NCBI GenBank assembly: GCA_963764625.1
Contig: CAVXTH010000009.1
Span: forward strand, 288,001 to 352,000
DNA from: Candidatus Krumholzibacteriota bacterium
GTDB taxonomy: Bacteria; Krumholzibacteriota; Krumholzibacteriia; JAJRXK01
Length of the DNA: 64,000 nucleotides
Direction: 5' to 3'
The notes under the pieces are model-generated. The model was not told the DNA's origin and did not search any database. It saw only the letters and a list, made by a program, of their open reading frames with translations. This document shows, piece by piece, positions 18,656 through 28,673 of the stretch (positions are counted from its first letter, which is position 1; every line of letters begins with the position of its first letter). A program made the position numbers and the translations under genes.

Positions 18656-21600
18656 GTGTCGAAGCATCCGAAAATCCGACTCCTTTCGGCGATCGTGACG
18701 ATCGCGGCAGGGCTCTTTCTCGGACAGTTCAGCGTCTCCGACGCATTCGCGCAGAGCTACGCTCAACTTCAAATCCTTCTTCCGGGCGAGACGCCCGCTC
18801 CCGGAACTCTAGGTGGCAAGTCCGGTCAACCCGATACGCAGACGGTGGGAGTTCCATTCTCCATTCGAGTGAGGGCTTGTGATAATTCGTGGAATGCACA
18901 GACTTCCATCACGAGCCAAATCGCGATTAGCAGTAGTGACGAAACGGCCACGCTTCCTTCCAGCGCCCAGATGAGTGCGGGAGAAGTGCAATTTATGGTC
19001 ACGCTCAACGCCGACGGTCAATTCGACTTTCAGGCGAGTGATCTGACCGACACCACGATTCCCGACGCCACTTCGAGTCAGGTGACCACCGTATTACTCC
19101 AGGGTTTCGAATTCGCCCGGATCAACCAGAAAAACCAATACGCCGGGCAGGCGATGTCGATCTCGATGTGGGCGGTGGATTCCAACGGCCAGCCGCTGAA
19201 CAACTACGATGGGCCGGTTCGACTTCGCGAGTTGACCAGCTACGGAGAGGGCCGGATCACCCCTTCCACCGTCGACCTGGTGAACGGGCATTGGTCGGGA
19301 CAGATCACGATGTACCGGGCGGATGAGACTTCCATCAACCGGGGCAACGTGAACATCTACGCTCTTTTGGACAACGATCCCACCCGCAACGGAACGAGCG
19401 ATCCGTTCTCGGTGCACCCGGGCACATTTTCACGCGTGCAGATCGTGGTGCCGGGACAGACGGCGGATCCGGGAAGTGCCGCTGGTCTTTTTGGAAGCGC
19501 GGCGACCCAGGGAGCGGGTCAGGCCTTCACCGTCGAGGTCTACGCCACCGACGACTACTGGAATCCTCTTCCCAGCGGTGACACGGTCCGCATCATCTCC
19601 AACGATCCCCTCGCAAGTACTCCGGTGAGTGGCGCGCTGAGTAACGGCTTTCGGCAGTTCACCCTATCCCTGGGAACGGTGGGTTCGCAAACTCTGACCG
19701 TTTCCGATCAATCGTCGGGTGGAATTACGGGGATGACCAGCATGGGCATCCCGGTCATTCCCAATGCCATCAACGGCTTCGCGGTTGATACTTTCGCCAC
19801 TCCGGTCCAGGCGGGGGATTCGGTCTCGGTGACGATCCGAGCCGTGGACAACTCGGGGAACACGGTGCCCGGCTACTTCGGCGAAGCCAACCTGGCCGCC
19901 AATACCGGCCCGGGCAGTATTTCGCCGGACCGCATCAGCTTCGATTCGGGGGTCTGGACGGGGAAGATGGTTTTCCGTGGCGCCGGGGGAGCAGTTTCCT
20001 TTACCTGCTCCGATTTTGCTGCGCCGCCCCACTTTGGTTCGAGCTCCAATTTCCAGGTGTTACCGGGCCCATTCGAGAAGCTGCAGGTTCGTCTGCCGGG
20101 TGAGACCGCGCAGGGAGGAACCGTGACTGGAGTCTCGGGCTCGCCCACCGATCAGAATGCGGGAACGAGCTTTACCCTCACTATTCGTGCCGTCGACGCG
20201 TACTGGAACCGGGTTCCGGGAATCAACGACGCGGTGACTCTCTCTTCCAGCGACGCATTTGCCAGTTTCCCAGCCAGCGTATCGCTGCTCAATGGGGAAG
20301 TAACGGTTCCCGCGACGCTCTATAAGGCCGGATACCAGACGGTGGGCGCCAGCGATGCCGATTCGTCGCAGATCACCGCACACACTTCGAGTCAGGTCGA
20401 CATTCTTCCCGGCACCTATTCCCGCGTTTTGATTCTGGCGCCAGGTGAGTTCGCGGCGCCGGGTACGGAAGAGGGCCGCACGGGAATGGCAACCGATCAA
20501 TCGATCAACTACGCATTCACGGTGACGGTGTACGCGACCGACCAGTGGTGGAATCCGACGACGGGAATCACCGACGTGGTTCGTCTCAGCTCTTCGGACG
20601 TTCTGGCAGAACTTCCGGGCGACACCGCACTGCAAGACGGAGTGGCTCAGCTGAGCATGCGACTTTCCACCGGTGGCTATCAGCAGATCACCGTGCAGAA
20701 CGTCACGCAACCCGGCATGCCCACGAGCACCACGCAGGTGCGCGCCATCTCCAGCGGATTCCATTTGGAAGCCGAAGTGGACAGCACACACGTGATGGCG
20801 GGACAGACCTTCCACTTGACGGTCAAAGTCACCAATGACGCGGGAAGCGTCATCCAGGAGATCAATACCGGAGTGAATCTGACGGTTCGCAACGCCTCTT
20901 CGGGTCAGCCAGGGGCGGGAGATCTGCGCACGACGCAGTTCCAGCTCTTGCAAGGTCAGAGGACGGTGGAGATGTCCTACACCCATGCCGAGGACATCCA
21001 GATTACCGCCACCGACGACCTGGGCCACGATCCCGCCGTTACCGAGGTGATCGCGGTAGTGCCGGGTACTCCCGATCACATCGCGCTGCGCAGCGATCCC
21101 GATTGGTTGAACGGAAACAAGCACTCCACGATCTACGCTCAAGTTCTCGACGAGTTCGAGAACGGAGTGCCGGCGCAGGCAATGGACTTCACCCTCACGC
21201 AGGGGACGGGAATTCTCACTCCCACCGACCTCCAAACCGATGACTTTGGAGTCGCGCGAGCGGACTTCTTGAGCCCCCGCGAACCCGAGATCGATGTGGT
21301 TCGGGCCAGCTCGGGTAGCCTGATGCAGGACTTGCAGGTCGAGACGGCGCTTGTCGATCCCAATGCGCCCGGGGGAACGATCGCTAGCTATCCCAATCCC
21401 TTCCACCCCAACGAGAGTCCCACCACGATCGCCTACAAGTTGGCGGACAACGCCTCGGTTCGGATGAGGATCTACACCCTGAGCGGAAATCTCGTATTCG
21501 AGCAGGACTTTGCTCCGGGAAGCGTGGGCGGGACCGTCGGGCTGAACGAGATCGTCTGGGACGGTCGCAATGGGGACAACGAATTCGTGGCCAGCGGCGG

Positions 21601-21679
21601 TTATATCGTCGAGGTCCGTGCGGAAGGCAACGGCCAGACTCTCCATGTGATGCGTCGCAAAGTCGGCGTCGTCCGATAG
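18656..21679 (+). CDS. Large secreted Ig-like repeat protein with C-terminal FlgD-Ig/T9SS-CTD-like domain
   Basis: Signal peptide ..DAFA/QSY; four repeats LQILLPGET..PG...Q.AG..F.V.V.A.D.YWN; invasin/Big-like segment (VLDEFENGVP..TDDFGVA); C-terminus SYPNPFHP...WDGRN...SGGY...RKVGVVR. Confidence 0.85.
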   Translation: MSKHPKIRLLSAIVTIAAGLFLGQFSVSDAFAQSYAQLQILLPGETPAPGTLGGKSGQPDTQTVGVPFSIRVRACDNSWNAQTSITSQIAISSSDETATLPSSAQMSAGEVQFMVTLNADGQFDFQASDLTDTTIPDATSSQVTTVLLQGFEFARINQKNQYAGQAMSISMWAVDSNGQPLNNYDGPVRLRELTSYGEGRITPSTVDLVNGHWSGQITMYRADETSINRGNVNIYALLDNDPTRNGTSDPFSVHPGTFSRVQIVVPGQTADPGSAAGLFGSAATQGAGQAFTVEVYATDDYWNPLPSGDTVRIISNDPLASTPVSGALSNGFRQFTLSLGTVGSQTLTVSDQSSGGITGMTSMGIPVIPNAINGFAVDTFATPVQAGDSVSVTIRAVDNSGNTVPGYFGEANLAANTGPGSISPDRISFDSGVWTGKMVFRGAGGAVSFTCSDFAAPPHFGSSSNFQVLPGPFEKLQVRLPGETAQGGTVTGVSGSPTDQNAGTSFTLTIRAVDAYWNRVPGINDAVTLSSSDAFASFPASVSLLNGEVTVPATLYKAGYQTVGASDADSSQITAHTSSQVDILPGTYSRVLILAPGEFAAPGTEEGRTGMATDQSINYAFTVTVYATDQWWNPTTGITDVVRLSSSDVLAELPGDTALQDGVAQLSMRLSTGGYQQITVQNVTQPGMPTSTTQVRAISSGFHLEAEVDSTHVMAGQTFHLTVKVTNDAGSVIQEINTGVNLTVRNASSGQPGAGDLRTTQFQLLQGQRTVEMSYTHAEDIQITATDDLGHDPAVTEVIAVVPGTPDHIALRSDPDWLNGNKHSTIYAQVLDEFENGVPAQAMDFTLTQGTGILTPTDLQTDDFGVARADFLSPREPEIDVVRASSGSLMQDLQVETALVDPNAPGGTIASYPNPFHPNESPTTIAYKLADNASVRMRIYTLSGNLVFEQDFAPGSVGGTVGLNEIVWDGRNGDNEFVASGGYIVEVRAEGNGQTLHVMRRKVGVVR

Positions 21680-21692
21680 GGGAGGAAGCAGG

Positions 21693-22949
21693 ATGAAATC
21701 CATGAAATCTTCAAATGCTGTTCTTCTAAGTTGTGTCCTGCTGATCGTGCTCGGGTCCGCTTGCGTCGCGTTCGCGCAGGATCCCGTCTACGGTCAATCA
21801 GGCGATTGGCTCACCAGTTATCAAACCGCGCGGACCGCGGGCATGGGCGGGGCCTTTGTTGCCGACGCCGATGGCGCGCTGGGAGTTCTCTGGAATCCCG
21901 CCGGCCTGAGCCGGCTTCTGCAGAATCAAACTCAATTCGAGACGGTCGACCTCTTTGGTGAGTCACGTATGAACGCGTTCAGCTTCGCGTTGCCGGGACA
22001 GACTTTCCCCAGCGTGGGAATCAGTTTCGTGACCCTCAACTCGGGCAACTTCGAACGCACCAACGAGCTGAACGACCATCTCGGAACCTTCAAGGACGGA
22101 AATCTCGGCGTCTATCTCACCGCGGCCAAGAAAGTGTCCGATCGGGTGCATCTGGGCGCCAACTTCAAGATGGTCCGACAATCGTTGGAGGACTTCAGCG
22201 GTGGTGGGGTGGGCCTCGATCTGGGTCTCATGGTGAATCTGGCTCCTCAGTGGAGGATCGGTGCCAGCGCGCTCAACCTCGGTGGACCGAGCGTGACGAT
22301 GAGGGAGACCACCGAGAAATACCCGATGAACTTCCGCGGCGGACTGGCGTGGCACGGTCTGAAGGGCCGCGCGCTCGTCGCGGCGCAAGTGGACGCGCAG
22401 GATGGTCCCGGGGCCCAGTTCTCGACCGGGGCCGAGGTCTGGGTGCATCGCGTGCTGGCGCTGCGCGCGGGATATCGCGAGCAGCGAGTGGGTGGCGGGC
22501 TCAGCGTTCGGGTCTCCCAAAACCTCCGCCTGGATTACAGCGCGCAAGACAACGAACTTGGAGTTCTACACCGGGTGGGCGTGGTCTACGATTTCGGAGG
22601 ATTCCATGCCACTTCGCAGGCCACTCCAGAGATCTTCTCACCTAGCGGTGAGAACGCCGTCACCACTTTCCACCTGAAAACCCGCACCCGCGGAGAAGCG
22701 GTCGAGTGGTCCCTGGATATCATCGACAAGGACGACCAGTTGGTGCGCCGGTTCGGGGGTAAGGGGAATCCTCCCGCCCTCGTGTTGTGGGACGGCACGG
22801 ACGAGTCTGGAATGCAGTTGCCCGACGGCAGCTATCGTTACCGCTTCTCGATCACTGACGACGAAGGCGTGGAGATTTCCGCCAAGGAGCAGGTGGTAGA
22901 GATCTCTACCTCGGGTCCCCAGGGCAAAATCCCGGTGGAAGTCAATTGA
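21693..22949 (+). CDS. PorV/PorQ (FadL-superfamily) beta-barrel fused to a C-terminal FlgD-Ig domain
   Basis: ARTAGMGGAFVA..LWNPAGL, GVGLDLG, LALRAGY, LDYS..ELGVLHRVGVVYDFG; then PEIFSPSGE..WDGTDESG..LPDGSYRY. Confidence 0.8.
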   Translation: MKSMKSSNAVLLSCVLLIVLGSACVAFAQDPVYGQSGDWLTSYQTARTAGMGGAFVADADGALGVLWNPAGLSRLLQNQTQFETVDLFGESRMNAFSFALPGQTFPSVGISFVTLNSGNFERTNELNDHLGTFKDGNLGVYLTAAKKVSDRVHLGANFKMVRQSLEDFSGGGVGLDLGLMVNLAPQWRIGASALNLGGPSVTMRETTEKYPMNFRGGLAWHGLKGRALVAAQVDAQDGPGAQFSTGAEVWVHRVLALRAGYREQRVGGGLSVRVSQNLRLDYSAQDNELGVLHRVGVVYDFGGFHATSQATPEIFSPSGENAVTTFHLKTRTRGEAVEWSLDIIDKDDQLVRRFGGKGNPPALVLWDGTDESGMQLPDGSYRYRFSITDDEGVEISAKEQVVEISTSGPQGKIPVEVN

Positions 22950-22972
22950 CGCGAGTCAGGAGCAGAATTCGC

Positions 22973-25900
22973 ATGAAAAACTGGACGCGAATACTCACAA
23001 CGGAGCTGCTCACAGCCATCCTTCTCGTGCTTCTCTTCCCGGGAACGTCACGGGCCGAGGATGAGCCGAGTGACTCCAGCCAAACCAACGATCAGAGCGT
23101 ACAGACTCCGACGACGCTTACCGGATTGGGAATTCGCTTCGAATTGGCGAAAGCCTTGACGGGCGCCGCGCGTACCGAGGCCATCCAGTCGCTGGAGGAT
23201 CCTCTTCGCGCCGTTCTCGACTCGAATCTCGATGATGGTGAGAAAGCGGGCGTGAACTTCCTCCTGGCGGAGATGGAAAAGGAGCTGGGCCGGCCTTCTC
23301 GTGCGCGTGAGCTCTTCGAGGAGTCGGCGAAAAAGGACAAAAATGGTCCTTTCGTGGATGACGCGGAGTTCGCCGCAATCCGCGCGCTGGAAGCGGCGGG
23401 CAAAGACGAGGAAGCGCAAAAGCAGTGGGAGAAATGGCAGAAAGACCATCCCCACAGCCCTCTTCTCGCGCAGGCGTGGGTCGCGCGGGTTTGGAACGAT
23501 CTGCGTCAAGCGAAGTGGACTGAGGCCGACGCGGGGCTGAAGCACCTGGAGACCCTAGCGCCCTACACCCAGCAGACCCAGCGGGTGGTCCTGGCTCGTG
23601 CGACTCTGCGCTATGCGCAAGGCAAGCCACAGGAGTGCTTGCAGGAACTGGCAAAGGTGCCCACCCACTCGGCGGCCGAGATCTACCTGAAGGCGCTTTG
23701 CTTCGATGAACAGGGTGAGGTACTGCACGCCGCAGCGGCCTACCAGGAAGTCTACGAGCGCTACTCGGATTCCCCCTTACGCTTTCTCGCTCTCTATGCC
23801 AAGGCCAACGCCTTTCTGAATGGCGGCGCGTACCAAAGCGCAGCCGAAGGGTTCGCTGCGGTGGCAAAGGGGAGCAGCGACGAGGAGCTGCAAGCCGAGG
23901 CGCTTCTGCGCCAAGGGGTCGCACTCTTCCAAGAGGGAAGCATGGAGGAGGCGACTCCGATTCTGAAGGGTCTGGTGAGCCGCTTTCCCAAGGCGGATGC
24001 ATCGGCTCGGGGACAGTTTCTGCTGGGTGAAATCAGCGCGGCGCAAAACGATCCGCAAGCCGCGATCGTCGAGTACAACCTGGTGCTGCGGAATTACTTC
24101 GAACATCAGGTCGCAGCGAGCGCCCAGTATCGCATCGGACGCTGCTACGAGACCCTCGGCCGCGGGGCCGAGGCGGTGGGAGCCTATGAAACCGTGGTGC
24201 GCGGGTATCCGCTCGAGGCCGAGGCGCCTCCCGCGGCCTATCTCGCTGGGGTCGGACTGTTGGAATCGGGCCGACCGCTCGCGGCCGCACCTTACTTTCA
24301 GCTGGTCCTCGATCGATACGCCGGAAAAAAGGGCAGCGAGGGAGCGCTGGTCTTCAAGAACGACAAGCAGAAGGAAGTCGTCGAGGCCGCTCTGTGTCTC
24401 CTCCTGCTCTCGTACCATCAGGCTGGCGATCTGGGTCAGCTCAGTGGCGCCCCCCACCTGATGCTTCTGGCCATGCCCGAAAGCAACTCGAACTGGCGAG
24501 GTTATGCCCTTCTCATCGACGCGGATGCCCTGGCCTCGCAGGGGCGCTATCAAGACGCACAGGCTTCACTTCAGAATCTTCTGGGCGAGTTCAAGGAGCA
24601 CGATGTGGCGCTTCCCGCCACTCAGCTTCTGGCCTGGACCTACGCGCAGCAGGGCATGGACGATTTGGCCATTGCCACCGAGAAGAAAATGCTCCAGCGC
24701 TTCACGCCCGACGAATCAAGCGATGCGGTGAGATCCGCTTACCTGCGCATGGCCCATGTGAATTTCAATCAGAAACATTACGCGAAGGCGGTCGAGATCT
24801 ACGAGGACTACCGCCATCGCTTCGGTGATTCCCTGCAGTACGCGCTGGCCACCTACCAGGCGGGGGTTTGTTACGCGCGTCTGGATCGCACCGGCGACGC
24901 GGTGGACCGCTGGGAAGAGCTGGTCGCGCGCCAGCCCGATGTTCCCATTGCAGAGAAGGCTTGGGCCCGCGCCGGCGATCTGTACTTCCAATCCGGCCAC
25001 TACGAGGATGCCAAGCGTTGCTACCAAGGTCTTTTGAACAACTTCGCGAGCAGCAGCGCGGGAGCCACCGGGCTGCTCCGCATGGCACAGTGCGACTACA
25101 ATGCGGGACGAGACGCGGAGGCCCTGCAAGGCTATTCGGCCGTTATCTCGCAGTACCCGCACACCACGAGCGCCAAGGAGGCCAAGCGGGGGATGGAGCT
25201 GGCTCTCTACCGGCTCGGCCAAGAGGACTCGGGAAGCGAGGTCTTGGCGGAACTGATCGAGAAATATCCCGAAAGCAGTTTCGCGGCCGACGCTCAGTTC
25301 CAAATCGCCAGTGGTCTCTACGAGAAGGAAAAGTACGCGGAAGCGGCCGAAGCCTTCCGTCAGGTCGTCAGTCGCTTTCCCAGCTATGACGAAGTCGATC
25401 GAGCTCAGTTCTTGAGCGGGGAGGCCTGGGCCAAGGCAGGGCAGACCGAGCACTCGATCCAAGCCTACCAGCAGTTCCTCCTCTTCTTCCCCGAGAGCGA
25501 GTTGCGCTCGACCGTCCAGTTCAGGTTGGGGCTACAGCTCTACCAGAAGCAGGACTACATGGAAGCCGCGGTGAAATTCACCGCAGTGGTGGATCAGACG
25601 AAAGACAAGGAACTCCAGCGTGCGGGTCTCTTCAATCTGGCGATGGCGCAGCAGCTCCTGGGCAAATTGACAGATGCCAGGGCGAGCCTAGAGCGCTACC
25701 GGAGCGAGTATCCGAAGGATGAGCGGAGTGTCGAAGTCGCTCTCCAGCTGGGAAAGCTCCACGAGTCCGCCGGTGAATGGGAAGCGGCCGCGAAAGAGTA
25801 CGAAACCGCGTTGAATACCGGAGTGGGCAAGGACTCGATCACGGAGGTCCTCTATCGGCTGGGCCAATGCCGTGAAAAATTGACTGAGCCCGACAAGGCC

Positions 25901-26113
25901 CTGGCGGCTTACAAGCGCTCGATGAAAACCGGCGGAGCCAAAGACTCCTATCGTCTGTCGGCGATCGCCCGCTGCGCCGAGATCTACGAAGACCGCCAGG
26001 ACTACTCGAGCGCGGTCGCCGCCTATCGAGATCTCATTCAGAACGCGGACGATCCGGAGTTGGTTGCCGTGGCGCAGAGCCGCGTCAAGGAGCTCAAATC
26101 TGTCATTCACTAG
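22973..26113 (+). CDS. Large periplasmic TPR-repeat protein (BamD/CpoB-like repeats)
   Basis: Signal peptide; about 1050 aa of tandem TPRs with YP.S-type turns (YPLEAEA, YPHTTSA, YPESSFA, FPESEL). Confidence 0.88.
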   Translation: MKNWTRILTTELLTAILLVLLFPGTSRAEDEPSDSSQTNDQSVQTPTTLTGLGIRFELAKALTGAARTEAIQSLEDPLRAVLDSNLDDGEKAGVNFLLAEMEKELGRPSRARELFEESAKKDKNGPFVDDAEFAAIRALEAAGKDEEAQKQWEKWQKDHPHSPLLAQAWVARVWNDLRQAKWTEADAGLKHLETLAPYTQQTQRVVLARATLRYAQGKPQECLQELAKVPTHSAAEIYLKALCFDEQGEVLHAAAAYQEVYERYSDSPLRFLALYAKANAFLNGGAYQSAAEGFAAVAKGSSDEELQAEALLRQGVALFQEGSMEEATPILKGLVSRFPKADASARGQFLLGEISAAQNDPQAAIVEYNLVLRNYFEHQVAASAQYRIGRCYETLGRGAEAVGAYETVVRGYPLEAEAPPAAYLAGVGLLESGRPLAAAPYFQLVLDRYAGKKGSEGALVFKNDKQKEVVEAALCLLLLSYHQAGDLGQLSGAPHLMLLAMPESNSNWRGYALLIDADALASQGRYQDAQASLQNLLGEFKEHDVALPATQLLAWTYAQQGMDDLAIATEKKMLQRFTPDESSDAVRSAYLRMAHVNFNQKHYAKAVEIYEDYRHRFGDSLQYALATYQAGVCYARLDRTGDAVDRWEELVARQPDVPIAEKAWARAGDLYFQSGHYEDAKRCYQGLLNNFASSSAGATGLLRMAQCDYNAGRDAEALQGYSAVISQYPHTTSAKEAKRGMELALYRLGQEDSGSEVLAELIEKYPESSFAADAQFQIASGLYEKEKYAEAAEAFRQVVSRFPSYDEVDRAQFLSGEAWAKAGQTEHSIQAYQQFLLFFPESELRSTVQFRLGLQLYQKQDYMEAAVKFTAVVDQTKDKELQRAGLFNLAMAQQLLGKLTDARASLERYRSEYPKDERSVEVALQLGKLHESAGEWEAAAKEYETALNTGVGKDSITEVLYRLGQCREKLTEPDKALAAYKRSMKTGGAKDSYRLSAIARCAEIYEDRQDYSSAVAAYRDLIQNADDPELVAVAQSRVKELKSVIH

Positions 26114-26149
26114 TTCACGAGGCATTCCCGAAGCAAAGGAGAACTCTCG

Positions 26150-26863
26150 ATGTTTGCCGAATTCGACTGGGTAGGAGCCACACGCTCGAGCCCGATCATG
26201 CTTCTGCTGCTCGTTCTCAGCATCGTCACTCTGGCCGTGACCATAGAACGGTTTCTCTATTACCGGAGGCGATCGGGAGATCCCGAGCAGACCCTACACA
26301 AGGCACTCGAGTGCCTCCGCAGGGGGAAGGCCTCCGAAGCTCTGCATCAGTGCGAGAGCTGTAGCCATCCGATGGGTCGAGTCGCGGCCCAGGTGTTGTC
26401 GAGCTCCAAGGAGCTTCCGGCGGAATTCGAAGAGCGTCTGCAAGTCGCTCTGAGCCTCCAGAAGTTGCTCCTGGAGAAGAACCTTTCGGTGCTGGGCAGC
26501 ATGGCCGCGGTGGCGCCTTTGATCGGACTTTTCGGAACGGTCTGGGGCATCATGCGGGCCTTCCACGACATGGCGCAGGTGGGCTCCGCCGCACCTTCGG
26601 TGGTGGCGGCTGGAGTCGCGGAAGCTCTGTTGACCACCGCGGCAGGTCTGATCATCGCGGTTCCCGCGGTCCTTCTCTACAACCACTTCTCGCGCCGAAT
26701 GTCGGTCATGCTGACCATTGCGGAAAACCACACACGTTCGCTTCGCGCGTCCTTCGGTGAACGGCCCAATGCCGCGAACGAGGACTTGGGTCCTACCGTG
26801 GATCGCATCCGTTCGGTCATCTCCGAACCGTCGACCGAGCCGGTGGCCAGCACGCATCCATAG
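26150..26863 (+). CDS. exbB: MotA/TolQ/ExbB proton channel subunit
   Basis: APLIGLFGTVWGIMRAF and GVAEALLTTAAGLIIAVPA; three TM segments. Confidence 0.95.
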   Translation: MFAEFDWVGATRSSPIMLLLLVLSIVTLAVTIERFLYYRRRSGDPEQTLHKALECLRRGKASEALHQCESCSHPMGRVAAQVLSSSKELPAEFEERLQVALSLQKLLLEKNLSVLGSMAAVAPLIGLFGTVWGIMRAFHDMAQVGSAAPSVVAAGVAEALLTTAAGLIIAVPAVLLYNHFSRRMSVMLTIAENHTRSLRASFGERPNAANEDLGPTVDRIRSVISEPSTEPVASTHP

Positions 26864-26875
26864 GAGACTGAGCTC

Positions 26876-27283
26876 ATGCGGAATTCCGAGCATCGACCCG
26901 GTGGAGGCGGGAGTCACGAAATCAACGTGACTCCGCTCATCGACGTTTCCTTGGTTCTGGTGGTCATCCTGCTGCTGGCGACACCTCTGGCGTTCGAGTC
27001 GAGCATCTCGATGCGCCAAGCGGAAGCCAGCGCCAGAAGGGCCAGCGAGGAGACCAAACAGGAGAGAGTCGAGATCCAGATCCTCAGCGATGAGGCTCTC
27101 GAGGTGAATCGCAAGCACATCGACCAGGAGTCGTTGGAGGAAGTTCTGACGCCTTTGCTGGCGAATGCCGGAAAGATCGAAGTCGTCGTGGAGTGCGCGG
27201 ATGCGGTCAGTCACGGTCGATTCGTGAACATCCTGGACCGCACAAAGCTCTGCGGGGCTCAGAAGATCGCGGTGAAGGAGTAG
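26876..27283 (+). CDS. exbD: ExbD/TolR family protein (copy 1)
   Basis: EINVTPLIDVSLVLVVILL with the conserved TM Asp. Confidence 0.93.
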   Translation: MRNSEHRPGGGGSHEINVTPLIDVSLVLVVILLLATPLAFESSISMRQAEASARRASEETKQERVEIQILSDEALEVNRKHIDQESLEEVLTPLLANAGKIEVVVECADAVSHGRFVNILDRTKLCGAQKIAVKE

Positions 27284-27286
27284 AAC

Positions 27287-27712
27287 ATGAAAAAGCCGCT
27301 TTTCGATGAGCTTCCGTGCTTCGTGAAGATCAACGTCACGCCGATCATCGACGTGGCCTTGGTGCTGGTGATCATACTATTGGTCACCGCTCCGATGATC
27401 AGCGTTGCCGATCTCGACATCAAGCTGCCGACGGCCCACACCCGAGGCGCCGAAGACGAGCACCGCATCAGCGTGAGCTACAGCTCGGACGGACAGCTCG
27501 CCGTCGATGACCAGATGGTGAGTCTCTCTTCGCTGGCCGGAATCGTTCGAAGTCGTCTCGGGAGCGGCAGCGGAGATCAAACTCTCGTGGTCGTGCGTGC
27601 CGACGCTCGAGCCACCCACGGGGAAATTCGGGCCATCATGCGCGAAATCAAGAGTTCCGGGGCAAGCCGGGTCGCGGTGGCCACGAACCAGAGCGGAAGC
27701 GAGCGACCGTGA
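27287..27712 (+). CDS. exbD: ExbD/TolR family protein (copy 2)
   Basis: KINVTPIIDVALVLVIILLVTAP, IKLP.A, VVVRAD. Confidence 0.93.
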   Translation: MKKPLFDELPCFVKINVTPIIDVALVLVIILLVTAPMISVADLDIKLPTAHTRGAEDEHRISVSYSSDGQLAVDDQMVSLSSLAGIVRSRLGSGSGDQTLVVVRADARATHGEIRAIMREIKSSGASRVAVATNQSGSERP

Positions 27713-28656
27713 ATGCCATGGCCTACGCGCAGACTCTCGAGCTCCGTGAGGAACACGAGCTGAGGCAAAAAGGATGGATCGGAAGTCTGATCATCCATGC
27801 CCTCCTCTTGTCGCTCTTGGTCCTCTATCCGCGCATCTCGCCGCCCCCCGCTGCGTTGACGGAATTCACCTGGCTCGAGAATTCCGGAACCACCAAGGAC
27901 CCCGTCGAGGTGGCGGCTCCTCCGATGCAGGCAGCGACCGAAAAACCGAGAGTGAAGGACAAGCCCTCGCCTCAACCGACGACGCAGGCCCGGTTCGAGC
28001 GGGCGGAGAACGAGAAGGCCGAGGTGGAACCAAAACCTCAGAGTCTCACCGCGCGCGACGATCGGCTCAGCGAGCGTCTGGCGTCACTTCGTGAGAGTCG
28101 CCCCACCCTCGCGGTGGAGACCCCCCATAGTTCGTCGCTCTTGAAGGCGCCCGCGACCGAAGTATCCAAGTCGGGGGCCATCGACCAGAAGAAACTCATT
28201 CGTGAGTCGGGCATTCCCACCGCCGCGCCGGCGAAATTGCGGCGGGAGACGAGCTTGAGCCGCACCCCTTCGCTGGCCACCGTGAAGCCCACCGAAATTG
28301 TTACCGCACCGAGCGCGATCATTCCCAAGAACGCTGATCTCACGGTGCGGCGGACCCTGTCGGGCGCGTCGCTCGCGGGACCGGCCGCCGACCGTCCCAT
28401 CCGCAAGTACATGATGCCGGAGTATCCCGAATGGGCGAAGAAAGAGGGCGTCGAGGGAACGGTCTCGCTCGGCTTCGTGGTGCTTCCTGACGGAAGAGTC
28501 AAGGCCAACGTCATGGTGCACCGCACCTCGGGTTACCAGGATTTCGATCTTCGGGCGCAAAAGGCCCTGCGGATGTGGCAGTTTCAGCCCTTACCCGCGG
28601 GCTCGACCCAAGAACAATGGGGCAGCATCACTATCCACTTCAGGCTGACCAGCTAG
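27709..28656 (+). CDS. tonB: TonB family energy transducer
   Basis: N-terminal TM SLIIHALLL (S..H motif); Pro/Lys/Glu-rich linker; TonB_C YPEWAKKEGVEGTV..DGRV..SGY..FD..A..W.F.P. Confidence 0.92.
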   Translation: MNAMAYAQTLELREEHELRQKGWIGSLIIHALLLSLLVLYPRISPPPAALTEFTWLENSGTTKDPVEVAAPPMQAATEKPRVKDKPSPQPTTQARFERAENEKAEVEPKPQSLTARDDRLSERLASLRESRPTLAVETPHSSSLLKAPATEVSKSGAIDQKKLIRESGIPTAAPAKLRRETSLSRTPSLATVKPTEIVTAPSAIIPKNADLTVRRTLSGASLAGPAADRPIRKYMMPEYPEWAKKEGVEGTVSLGFVVLPDGRVKANVMVHRTSGYQDFDLRAQKALRMWQFQPLPAGSTQEQWGSITIHFRLTS

Positions 28657-28673
28657 TGGGAGGATTCTTCATC

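Noticed and set aside
20060-21703. Long antisense ORFs (also 5272..6564, 9608..10903, 36251..37714, 49287..50957, 60469..62067)
   Set aside because: Shadow frames of well-supported genes in GC-rich DNA, with no recognisable motifs.
26150-28656. Canonical Tol-Pal or TonB iron-uptake locus
   Set aside because: No tolB/pal or TonB-dependent receptor in the operon, and there are two ExbD copies. The only receptor in the window is 35 kb away at 63550.
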